Positions 1-11,181 of a stretch of DNA of 64,000 nt are shown here, one piece after another. Origin of the DNA: Takakia lepidozioides (Eukaryota > Plantae > Bryophyta); assembly GCA_030704615.1 (NCBI GenBank), contig CM060734.1:44082001-44146000 (forward strand), in the 5' to 3' direction. A model generated the notes under the pieces. It did no database searches. It worked only from the letters and a program-made list of their open reading frames with translations, and was not told where the DNA came from. The position numbers and the translations under genes were made by a program. Every line of letters starts with the position of its first letter. The stretch's first letter is position 1.

Positions 1-1911
1 ATCTGCCAGCCTATCCTAACACCTCGTCACCTTTAGAACGCGCATGGCTCACAAGCCCTTTTTTATCGCAATTCGACGTCTCTTATCCCAAACAAAAGAC
101 CCCCATCCTCACCTATTTCAAAGAACGTCACATCACCACCCTCACCCAACTTACTACCGCCACCGGCCATAGACTTTTAAAACCAAGCGAACTCACTCTT
201 AAGTTCTCCCGAGCCACGTCCAAAACCAATCGATGCCTACACCACCTTCGCACCCTCTTTTGTCATCCCTCAGCAGCCTGCACTCTCCAATGTGATCTCC
301 CCTGCCTCTACTATCCACATACGGCCCAAGACCTGCTCCCCCAGCACCGATCTTCCCCTATTGCCTCCATCTATCAAACACTCAAAACGGCATATACCAC
401 CAATACTCCTACAGACACACAACCCGATCCCCCATATCAAGTACCTAACACACACCCTCCCGAACCTAACCACAACCTGCTTACGCCATTCACTCCATCA
501 CCTAGTCTGCAAGGCTCCCCCACCCCCTCCCAACTAACCACCGCACTGTCCCCCCCATCCTCACCACATAGTCACGACAATAATAATGCTTACATCATTG
601 AAGCCATACTAGGAGTTAAAACCCAAATGTCCATTGATGCCTTTGGGGCCACCTGCATTGATACATACTATCATTGTCAATGGGCTGGGTACTCCTCATC
701 AGACAACACATGGCAGATAGAAGATGACTTATTCGGCCCACATGACGATTGCCACCCCAAACACAATCTTGCCCTACTCACCACCTTCCACAAAAATACT
801 AACACCGATTATCTAACACAAACCAACAACACGCCATTCCCACCCAACCTACAGATAACAGATACATACACCAACCCATCTATGCTCCCAACGTACACAT
901 CTGCATAACTGAATGTAATCCCGACAAAGATGTCAAGCATGATCAACCACTCATCCTCATGGGCCCCCACCTCTCCAATATCTATGCTCAACATGGCCGC
1001 TTCATTGGACTCATTCCTAATACACGATTAGCATGGTCGTGGGAGAAATACTCTACTGCAAGCTCATCTCCACAATCACTACAACCCCCGAAACAAGACT
1101 TTGCTACCGAATTATATTGGTTGGTTGACCGCTACCTCAAAGACACTCCCCCCAAGAAACCCCGGTCCCTCACTAGATTGGAAACAGCATGTGCACACCA
1201 TACCATACTCCAAGATATTCTCACCTTAATTATCAATACATTCCAGCTTACTCACTCATACTACTCCAACCCACTGACATGCCCAATGACATTGCACACA
1301 TTTTCTAGCCCACACCACAGAGACTGTATCTTTGGAGCCACATGTACTGCCACCCAGCACACTTGGGAAGGTCGGGGCCTTGCCCACCCTCCTGGCCCCC
1401 TTGCTTACAAAGCTCTTCAATGGCAAAACTTGATGCGCACTCCTCTCCTCCTGCGTCCACAATCCTCATCCTCACACACCAAATCACACCGAGGACCTCT
1501 CACCCTCTCCTACGACTCCCAGAAGATGTTAACTTACTTGCCACAATTGACCCAACCCAACTTAAATATATTCACACCCCTCCTCTTCCCAAATACCTCA
1601 AATGGAAAGAACCCACCCTTACCCTGATGCTACATGTCCAAAACCCCCTTCATGCAGACATACCGACACATTTCCTCCATTAACTAGAACAATTACTAAC
1701 CAAAACCCATAAACTAAAGGCCACCATCCATCACCCAACTGCCCTCCCTCACACCCACGCACCCGCCACACTGCCCCGGATTAGAACAAACAAAGTTTGG
1801 AACGTTGCTATACCACGCCCCCCACAGGTCGCGCCAACAACGCCTCCCCCTCCAATCCCCGCAATATATCAACAAAACACCATCCCTAAATACCCACCGG
1901 CCAACTCACAC

Positions 1912-3312
1912 TACACCGACGGATCCCTCACCAAACCTAATGCAAGGTACGGTATCTATCACGCCAACACCAGTCAAGGCGTTGCCCTCAGGCTCCCTGG
2001 ACCTGCCACCATCCTCATGGCTGAACTCATGGCCATTCACGATGCTCTCTCTTTACTCGACACTCCCCCCCCCCCATACTACATCTTCACTGACAGCCTT
2101 ACCTCACTATTCCTCATCCGTAACCACATCTCTCACCCCTCTGCCCATCATCACCACCCTGACCGCAACCTTATTTCTGCTATTGTCCAGAGGGTTGTTG
2201 CCATCAGCCACCCAGTCCATATACTCAAAGTCCGTTCACACACTGACATTCATGGTAATGAAGAAGCAGACCTATTCGCCCAACTCGGCGCTTCCCACCC
2301 CATAGTTGTACCCAATGATGACCCTATCCACATCGCCTACACCCACCCTTTCTGGTTTATACACCCCATACCAGACCCCCCTGCACCCAGACCCATCCGT
2401 AACCTCCTGACCATTCTTACCCGAGAAGCAAATAAACAAGCTACAGCCTCCATCAGCCACACCAAAGTACACATCCAAAAATGGACTCAATCAAGTGTAT
2501 TGCACCATAAACTCTCAAATCATTTCTGGCTAACCAAAACTACTACTGACGCACAAATCCGACAAACACTCAAATTCAGATACGCCCAATACATGGGTCA
2601 CCAGCGCAAGCACATCTTCTGGCCGCATATGTTCCCATCCCCATACTGTCCATTGTGCTCAACCACTCACCAAGCTCGTGACACCTGGCCACATCTCCTC
2701 AGCCAATGTACGCACCCGATTATACACGGCCTTCATATCACGCGACACAACCAGGCAGTCTGGCATCTCCATAAGCTCTTTCTAAACCGTGCTGAAACCA
2801 GATGGTTCTCGCTTATAAATGCTGGCACCTACCAAGGTCAGCCACCCGACCACACTGTGCCACCCTGGCTGCTACCATGCATATATACCCGATCACCATG
2901 CTCATGCCCTGCCAGGCTTTGCTCGGACATACTCCTTGTACAAGGCCTACCCATTAACACCCTACCCCCCACCTCACCATCCCCACAATTCACCATCCAT
3001 TTCATTGAATTCACATTTTGTCACGATCGCTACCCCAATGATTTGATTTTAGAAAAATGTCAAAAATATGCCCCGCTTATCCTTGCAATCCGACGATATG
3101 GCTGGAAAACTGGCCCATTAACCGTCATCACCGCCGGTACTCGAGGCGACATTCATAATGCCAGTATCAATGACATACATGATAACTTCAATATTCCCAC
3201 TCTTCCCATTCACAAATGTTTCAAAGCAATTCACCTCACGGCACTCCGTTCACTCACAGCTATTATCACCAACAAACGCCAATTGGAATTTGACACTTCA
3301 AATGCACCATAG
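1912..3312 (+). CDS. Open C-terminal frame of the LINE protein: RNase H, CCHC knuckle, restriction-like endonuclease
   Basis: ORF 2017..3312 extends in frame upstream to YTDGS at 1912. The RNase H D-E-D-D residues are present. The RLE RPD motif reads LCSD (tgc tcg gac), two C>T changes from cgc ccg gac. Confidence 0.85.
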   Translation, partial: YTDGSLTKPNARYGIYHANTSQGVALRLPGPATILMAELMAIHDALSLLDTPPPPYYIFTDSLTSLFLIRNHISHPSAHHHHPDRNLISAIVQRVVAISHPVHILKVRSHTDIHGNEEADLFAQLGASHPIVVPNDDPIHIAYTHPFWFIHPIPDPPAPRPIRNLLTILTREANKQATASISHTKVHIQKWTQSSVLHHKLSNHFWLTKTTTDAQIRQTLKFRYAQYMGHQRKHIFWPHMFPSPYCPLCSTTHQARDTWPHLLSQCTHPIIHGLHITRHNQAVWHLHKLFLNRAETRWFSLINAGTYQGQPPDHTVPPWLLPCIYTRSPCSCPARLCSDILLVQGLPINTLPPTSPSPQFTIHFIEFTFCHDRYPNDLILEKCQKYAPLILAIRRYGWKTGPLTVITAGTRGDIHNASINDIHDNFNIPTLPIHKCFKAIHLTALRSLTAIITNKRQLEFDTSNAP

Positions 3313-3391
3313 GTCCCCCTGGGTACCTAGGGGTACGCAGACTCCCCTACTTTCTACTGCCAATTGGTGTCCCATAGGACACCTTTCCTTT

Positions 3392-4597
3392 CACTACAGG
3401 AAAATGGGGGGGGGGGGTTTGCGACGCCGCAGCCACGCCGCGGCTTTGTAAAACAGCCCTTTTTCGGGGAGGGGGAAAAATCCAAATTTGCGACGTCCGG
3501 GCGTCGCAAGCCCGTCGCCAAAAAAACCGTCGCAAATTTGCGACCAATGGGGCTCGCAAATAGGCAAAACCGCGATTTGCGACAAAAAAAAAAAAAAAAA
3601 AAAAAAAACCTACTCTGCAATGTTGAATTAGCACCATCCGGGGGTCACGAAGTGCGATGCCCGGACCTCACAATTTAAGGGGTAAATTTGAATTTAGGCG
3701 GAAAAATTTGAATTTCAAAAACTTGTTGACAATTGACTCCGGCGTTGTCCATTGACTCCGGGTCTGTCTTATGGCGATATGTTCATTGTTCTACATATAT
3801 GATGCAATGCATACTTGAACCTAAGACCTCCACGTTATAACATATCTAAGACATTATAAAGTAACCAACACACTTACGCTACATCTATGTATCACAAAAG
3901 CAATCTAAATATATATATATACACATATAAAGATTTCCTTCAAGAGCCTTCAAGTTCCTTCTCAGGGGGTCTCTCTTGTGACGCCGGGGAGTTGTAACCT
4001 CCACAGCCTTAGTGCCCAGCCCCAGCCCCAGCCCCAGCCCCAGCATCAGCGCCGTTGTTGCACCCCTCCACCGTCAGGCGCCCCAAGCGACGTCTTTGTG
4101 ATGACCTAAGCTGACCACAACACCATTGCGATCTCTTGTGGCGACGCTGTTACGACCCCCTGGCGTCGCAACGTTGGGCGTCCAAGCGCGAGGCGCCCCC
4201 AGCGATATTTTTGTGAAGTTGAGGGCTGCAAAGCCCAAAAATAAATAAATAAATCCCACTATGGTGATGCTGTTGCGACGCCCTAGCATCGCAGAGGCGC
4301 TGGGGCTCCCTTAGTGACGCTTTTGCGACGCCAAGGCGTCGCAACATCCAATTTTTATTTATTTTTGGATTTTCGATGCTGGGGCGTCGCAAGAAATAAA
4401 AAATACGTCGCAGCGAGGGCCCTCTTTCCCCCTTCATGCCACCTTACGACGGCTGGGCGTCGTAACGGTGTCGCAGCAGGGGATTGCGACGTCGGGGCGT
4501 CGCAAAAAAACGCCGCGGGCTCGGCGTCGCAGGCTTAGGGCCGCGCAGGGCGTGGGGGCGCGGTTGGCGTTGCAAACCCCCCTAATTTGCTGTAGTG
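3392..4597. mobile_element. Non-autonomous CACTA (En/Spm) DNA transposon
   Basis: Starts CACTACAG at 3392 and ends CTGTAGTG at 4597, with extended imperfect TIRs and a 3-bp TSD TTT (3389-3391, 4598-4600). Many subterminal TTGCGACG/CGTCGCAA repeats in both orientations; no transposase ORF. Confidence 0.93.
4015..4043 (+). repeat. (CCCAGC)n microsatellite inside the CACTA element
   Basis: About 5 tandem CCCAGC units. Confidence 0.85.
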
Positions 4598-4899
4598 TTT
4601 TATAGGGCCCACCCCCGAAATGGGGCAGTAGCCGCAAGGCAAACTGGCTCTTAGTTACGCCGGCTTCGGCCGGAGTCTTCTCTCTCACTATTCTGATAGC
4701 GGGTGCAGATGAAATGATCCTTGCCCCAGGTGATGTCAAAATCCTTGATAAGATGCAACCTTAGTCTCACTGAGCACCTACAAATAGCTACACACATGAT
4801 AGACTATGTCTTCCTCTCCTCAATCATCAAATCCAAATGTAACTTGAATAGTAGGGATTCGATGACATTGAGAATGATCCCATCGTGAATGAAAACACA

Positions 4900-5330
4900 G
4901 CTGTCATAATGAGTGGGCTTTGAGGCATGCCCAAATTGGGCAATGGAAATATGATAAGCCATTGTGGATATTGAGCAAAAAGATTTATGTTTGTCGTCTA
5001 GAGATAGCTTCCCATTTGGAATTGAAAAGAATAACCAGATTCCACAACATAGCAGTCAAATGGCAGTATAAAAGACAATGTTCAATAGTTTCATCTGACT
5101 GATACCGCACAAAGAGGATACAAGGGGGAGTCTACGGTAGAGACAGATGCGACAGGGATGATCCTATTCACTAGCTTCCATAAGAATGTGGAAACTTTGG
5201 CCGATCGATCGATCTTTTCTCCAAACCTCATTCCATACAGATCTCCATGATGCTTTAGAAATACCAACAGGTTCCGATAAATTTATATAAGCTTGTAGCC
5301 ATACCCATGGAAGCAAATTCGAAGCAACTT
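4900..5330 (-). mobile_element. L1-type LINE fragment (zf-RVT region)
   Basis: Minus strand reads WNEVWRK.../AKVSTFLWKLVNRIIPV...PLC.../DETIEHCLLYCH...LW across frameshifts. Confidence 0.7.
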
Positions 5331-5344
5331 CAGTAAAAGAGCAG

Positions 5345-5662
5345 GAGCAGATGATGGGAATACCATATCGAAAGGTCATACGTTGCCTTATGTATGTAGC
5401 AATTCTCACAAGACCCGATCTTGCCTTTGCTGTAGGTCTGTTAAGTCGCTTTATTAAAAATCTAGGTTACCTCCATTGGGTTGCGGTCAAGCATGTATTC
5501 AGGTATATCAAAGGCACCATTGATTTTGGCATTACATTAGGTACATGAGCAAATCCGAGATTTTGCAAGGATATTGTGACTCGCAGTATACAGGGGATGT
5601 GGATGCAAGGAAATCCATATTTGGTTACTATTTTACCTTGAATGACATGGTTATTTCTTAGT
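5345..5662 (+). mobile_element. Ty1/copia RT-RNase H fragment
   Basis: IPYRKVIRCLMYVAILTRPDLAFAVGLLSRF...HWVAVKHVFRYIKGT, then frameshifted GYCDSQYTGDVDARKSIFGY. Confidence 0.88.
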
Positions 5663-5746
5663 ACAAAGTTTCTTTAACGTCCAGTGAATTTACAGAGCCT
5701 ACTACTCAATACACAGCCCATCGAGGGGCCAATGGACGGTTTGAAG

Positions 5747-5826
5747 GCACATGTTGAAGGATTGAACCCAATATCACCCAGGTTATGCACAGGCAAGGCA
5801 CAAACACCCCACCACTAGGCTACCTG
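5747..5826 (-). other. tRNA-derived (SINE-like) head remnant
   Basis: Minus strand has A-box-like GGTAGCCTAGTGGT and B-box-like GGGTTCAATCC; no convincing cloverleaf. Confidence 0.4.
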
Positions 5827-5918
5827 CTTAAGTGCTAAGAAAGATATGATTGATCATGACTCTTGAAAATTCTATCACTAAAGAAGGGACGACCTAAATA
5901 TAATCTAACTAAAAGAAT

Positions 5919-8900
5919 GGAATAGAGGAGCTATGGGTGAGTCATAGGCCAATCAATACTTTTATATTATAGATTTGGTCTAATGTTCTTTCAAACACCA
6001 CGTGGTTTTCGCTATTCTATTCGATCATGTATTAAGGGTTGTTGGATTCTTGTGAATATTACAACATCTACCTACAATTGTTTCCAAAATGTTAAGTACT
6101 ACCGTAAGAGAAAAACACTAACCTGATTGGCGAACCCAACGTCGTAACCAAAGAAAATCCTGCAAATAATAAGCATGATAACATCTTGAGCTGTAGCATT
6201 AAGAACTATTTATGAGGCAAAGTATGTGGAAACAAGGCCCGCAAAGTGTTTAAGGATGAGGTGAACGTTCGTCTGCAATTTTTTATCGTTGTACTTGGAA
6301 TAGTTGTTTTCAATGGCATGTCATTCTTGGTACAACATTTGGGAAAAACAAATTGGCTAGAAAACTGTCCATTGAAGTAACTCCCCCTGCCATAAGACAA
6401 TTATGAGAATGAGTGGATATCAACGATGGTTTTCTAATAGGTGATATTGAAAAAAAAAACTTTAAACAAAGCTATCTAAAATGAATGTGAAAATTTTTAT
6501 CAATTTGAAAGCAAACCTAGCAACATTCATTGCAAGATTGGTTAGCAATTTATTTCAAATGTCCACAAGCATACGAGAAATCCCAATGTCGTATCCAAAC
6601 ATTAGACCACTCTGCGAGCATACATGTCAACACCACGCAGAGGGTGATGCAACCCGTGTACTCGTTGCTAAAGGATCTTCCCACATAAGGCATGGTCATC
6701 CTAACCATCCTGTTGAGGAACAAAAAGATAGACAACCTACAATTATAAGTTGAAAAAATACTTAAGGTTATAGGACGTCCACAAGGTTATATTATCAATG
6801 TTGTATATATCAACAGACTTCCTTAATACCTCATGACAAAGATCTTTGGAAGAACTCCTCTATAAAACCATTGTAGCAAGATAAGTGGCGACCTGAAATT
6901 ACGAGATAAATTTTTTGCTTGCTAGATTGAGTACCTAGTGCAGAATAGAGCCCTCGAGTATCACGTATGGTCTGGTGTACATACAATCTTTATAATCTCT
7001 TGTGCTTATATTTGAGGGAACTTAGGCTTCTTATATTTGATGGTGTCCGTATAGTAATATTGATGGTAATAGTAAAATATTGGTTCTGTGAAATTTTATT
7101 CAAGTTAAGCTTGCGTATGATAAGAGGCCGGGAGGAAGTACCAAGCAAAACAAAATTGATATCAACGACGGTTTTCTACTAGGTTATATTGAAAGAAAAC
7201 TTTGAACAAAGTTAGCTAAAAAATGAATGTCGAAATTTGTATCAAATTGAAAGCAAACCTAACTACATTCATTTCAAGATTGATTAACAATTTATTTGAA
7301 ATGTCCATAAGCATACCAGAAATTCCGATGTCGTATCCAAACATTAGACCACCCAAAGCTGCAAGCATACATGTCAACACCACGTAGCGGGTGATGAAAC
7401 CCGGCTAATATCTGGGCTACCTCAAGTTCTCATCACTCTTGAAAATTCTATTGGAGAGCAAATAATGGACATCTACCTACATTTGTCCCAAAAATATTAA
7501 GAACTACCATAAGATAAAAATATTAATCTGATTGGCGAACCCAACGCCCCAACCAAAGAAAATCCTGCCAAAGGAAAATCCTACAAAAAATGAGCATGAG
7601 AACATGTTGAGCTGTAGCATTAAGAACTACTCCGGCAAGAAAGACTCCAGCTGCAATGAACACAGTTGGTCTGCAACTATATACTCGAGTCGTCCACGAG
7701 GCAAAGTATATAGAAACAAGGCCTGCAATGTATAAGGATGAGGTGAACGCATGCAATTTTTTATCGTTGCACTTGCAATAGTTGTTTTCGATGGCATGTC
7801 TTTCTTGGTACCACACTTGGGGATAAAACTTGGCTAGGAAATTGTCCATTGATGTAACCTCACCTGCCATAGGAAGAACAATTGTGAGAATGAGTGGATA
7901 TCACCGACGGTTTTCTAATATGTGATTTTGAAAGGAAACTTTGAACAAAGTTGTCTAAAGAATAAATGTGAATTTTTTTTATCAATTTGAAAGCAAACCT
8001 AGTAACATTCATTTCAAGATTGGTTAGCAATTTATTTCAAATGTCCATAAGCATACCATAAATCTCGATGTCGTATCCAAACATCAGACCATCCGAAGCT
8101 ATAAGCATACATGTCAACATTACGTAGAGGTGATGTGATTCGGCTATCTGGGCTACCTCAAGTTCTCATCACTCTTGAAAATTATATTGGAGAGCAAATA
8201 ATGGACATCTACCTACATTTGTCCCAAAAATGTTAAGAACTATCATAAGATAAAAACACTAACCTGATTGACGAACCCAATGCCCCAACTAAGGAAAATC
8301 CTGGTAAAAATGAGCATGAGAACATCTTGAGCTATAGCATTAAGAACTACTCATGCAAGAAAGACTCCAGCTACAATGAACATAGTTGGTATGCGACCAT
8401 ATACTCAAGTTGTCCACAAGGCAGAGTATGTGGAAGCAAAACCCGCAATGTATAAGGATGAGGTGAACGCATACAATTTTTTATCGTTGCACTTGCAGTA
8501 GTTGTTTTCGATGGCATGTTGTTCTTAATACAACACTTGGAGAAAAATCTTGGCTAAGAAATCGTCTATTGAGGCAACCTCACCTGCCATAAGAAGAACA
8601 ATTGTGAGAAAGAGTGGATATCATTGACAGTTTTTTAATAAGTGATTTTGAAAGAAAACTTTGAACAAAGTTGTCTAAAAATGAATGTGAAATTTTTTAT
8701 CAATTTGAAAGCAAAACCTAGCAACATTCATTTCAAGATTGGTTAGCAATTTATTTCAAATGTCCATAAGCATACCAGAAAATCTCGATGTCGTATCCAA
8801 ACATTAGACCATCTGAAGCTGCAAGCGTTCATGTCAGCATCACGTAGCGGGTGATGCGACCCGACTATCTGGGCTATCTCAAGTTCTCATCACTTTTGAG

Positions 8901-10770
8901 AATTCTATTGGAGAGCAAATAATGGACATCTCCCTACATTTGTCCCAAAAATGTTAAGAACTATCATAAGATAAAAACACTAACCTGATTGACGAACCCA
9001 ATGCCCCAACCAAGGAAAATCCTGCCAAAAATAAGCATGAGAACATCTCGAGCTATAGCATTAAGAACTACTCCTGCAAGAAAGACTCCAACTGCAATGA
9101 ACATAGTTGGCCTGCGACCATATACTCGAGTTGTCCACGAGGCAAAGTATGTGGAAACAAAGTCCGCAATGTATAAGGATGAGGTGAACGCCTGCAATTT
9201 TTTATCGTTGCACTTGCAATAGTTGTTTTCGATGGCATGTTGTTTTTGATACCACACTTGGGGAAAACTTGGCTAGGAAATTGTCCATTGAGGTAACCTC
9301 ACCTACCATAAGAAGAACAATTGTGAGAATGAGTGGATATCATTGACGGTTTTTTAATAGGTGATTTTGAAAAGAAACTTTAAACAAAGTTGTTTAAAGA
9401 ATGAATGTAAAACATTTTATCAATTTGAAAACAAACCTAGTAACATTCATTTCAAGATTGGTTAACAATTTATTTCAAATGTCCATAAGCATACCGGAAA
9501 ATCTCGATGTCGTATCCAAATATTAAACCACCCGAAGCTGCAAGCATACATGTCAACATCACGTAAAGGGTGATGCGACCTGGCTATCTGGGCTACCTCA
9601 AGTTCTCATCACTGTTGAAAATTCTATCGGAGAGCAAAGAATGAACATCTACCTACATTTGTCCCAAAAATGTTAAGAACTATCATAACATAAAAACACT
9701 AACCTGATTGGCGAATCCAATGCCCCACCCAGAAAAATCCTGCCAAAAATGAGCATGAGAACATGTTGAGCTGTAACGTTAATAACTACTCCTGCAAGAA
9801 AGACTCCAACTGCAATGAACATAGTTGGTCTGCAACCATATACTCGAGTTGTCTATGAGGTAAAGTATGTGGAAACAAAGCCCGCAATGTATAAAGATGA
9901 GGTGAACGCCTACAACTTTTGATCGTTACACTTGCAGTAGTTGTTTTCGATGACATGTCGTTCTTGATACAACACTTGGGGAAAAAACTTGGCTAAGAAA
10001 TCGTCCATTGAGGTAACATCAACTGCCATAAAAAGAACAATTGTGAGAAAGAGTGGATATCATCAATGGTTTCCTAATAGATGATTTTGAAAGGAAACTT
10101 TGAACAAAGTTGTCTAATGAATGCGGAAATTTGTATCAATTTGAAAGCAAACCCAGCAACATTCACTTCAAGATTGGTTAGCAATTTATTTCAAATGTCC
10201 GTAAGCATACAAGAAATCTCGATGTCGTATCCAAACATTAGACCACCCGAAGCTGCAAGTATACACGTCAAGTTTCTACACCACGTAAATGGTGATGCGA
10301 CCGGTGTATTCATTGCTAAAGGATCTTCCCAAATAATCATCCTAACCATCTTGTTGAGGAACAAAAAGATAAACAACCTACAATTATAAGTTGAAAAAAT
10401 ACTGAGGTTGTAACATGTCCACAAGGTTATATTATCAATGTTGTATATATCAGCAGACTTCATTAATACCTCACCACAAATATCTTTGGAAAAACTCATC
10501 TACAAAACCATTTTAGCAAGATAAGTGGCAACCTACAATTACGAGAGAATTTTTTGTTTTGCTAGCTTGAGTACCTAGTGCAGAATAGAGCCCTCTAGTA
10601 TCGCGTATGGTGTGGTATGCATACAATCTTTGTAATCTCTTCTACTTATACTTGAAGAAACTTGGGCTTCTATTTGATGGTGTCCGTTTTATAATAATAT
10701 TGATGGTAATAGTGAAATTTTGATTCAGGTTAAGTTTGCGTATAACAAGAGGCCGGAAGGAACTTCCAAA
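5919..10770 (-). pseudogene. STP: Tandem array of sugar transport protein (STP-family MFS hexose transporter) 5' gene fragments
   Basis: Five copies of exon 2 (GVTSMDxFL...NNYCK...LQAFTSSLYIAG...GRRPTM...GRIFLGxGVGFANQ|GT) at ~6123-6392, 7528-7868, 8263-8587, 8984-9307 and 9703-10027, each with intron 1 and exon 1 ([17 protein letters not shown]). Central units repeat at ~720-735 bp. Copies carry frameshifts or stops and lack the downstream exons. Confidence 0.9.
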
Positions 10771-11181
10771 GCAAAGCTAGTCAGATGGAAAGATGTATGT
10801 GTCTGATGAAGTATATATGCTGAGGAAACAAATTAAGACTGTAAAGAAGTAGATTCAAAACTCTATGCAAACGCATGAGAAAGCCAACAAATTGAAATAT
10901 AAAACAAGTTTGGAGGAGTGTCTTGGTATTTGTGAGGGCGGTGTTCTGAATTTTCTTGAGTATAAGGCATTTGGGGCCCAAGCGTGGAAGCTTTTGGAAG
11001 TTGGGGAGGAGGGAACAGTGTTTTTCCATGACGCTTGGGTCTCTTCAGCTGATGTGATTCCGAAAGTTGATTATCACCTTTACAAAATGCCACTTCCACT
11101 AAGACAAAGTTTAAGGTAAAGCCTAAGGAACCCGGCACCTTCGAGGGCGTCCAAAATCGGAAGGCACTCAACACCTGGCTC

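Larger units (their letters stand above)
1..4687 (+). mobile_element. 3' portion of a degenerate RLE-type non-LTR retrotransposon (Dualen/RandI-like architecture), with its 3' UTR interrupted by a CACTA insertion
   Basis: Frameshifted ORF remnants in order: chromodomain-like 591-731 (YIIEAIL...YYHCQWAGYSSSDNTWQIEDDL); PCIF1-like segment ~1199-1430; RNase H from 1912 (YTDGS...AELMAI...IFTDS...HGNEEAD); CPLC-x8-TWPHLLSQC knuckle plus RHN; RLE (LCSDILL...IEFTF...EKCQKY); stop at 3312. The 3' UTR is 3313-3391 plus 4601-4687 and ends in a CT-rich tail. RT is not in the window. Confidence 0.85.

Noticed and set aside
3420-4575. Repeated TTGCGACG motifs as a CRISPR-like or novel array
   Set aside because: Irregular spacing, both orientations, inside CACTA TIRs: ordinary subterminal repeats.
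4607-4660. Resemblance to SSU rRNA helix 27 (GGGGAGUAC.GCCGCAAGG) and to hammerhead/HDV ribozymes
   Set aside because: No flanking rRNA homology, no CUGANGA core and no HDV nested pseudoknot; the context is a LINE 3' UTR.
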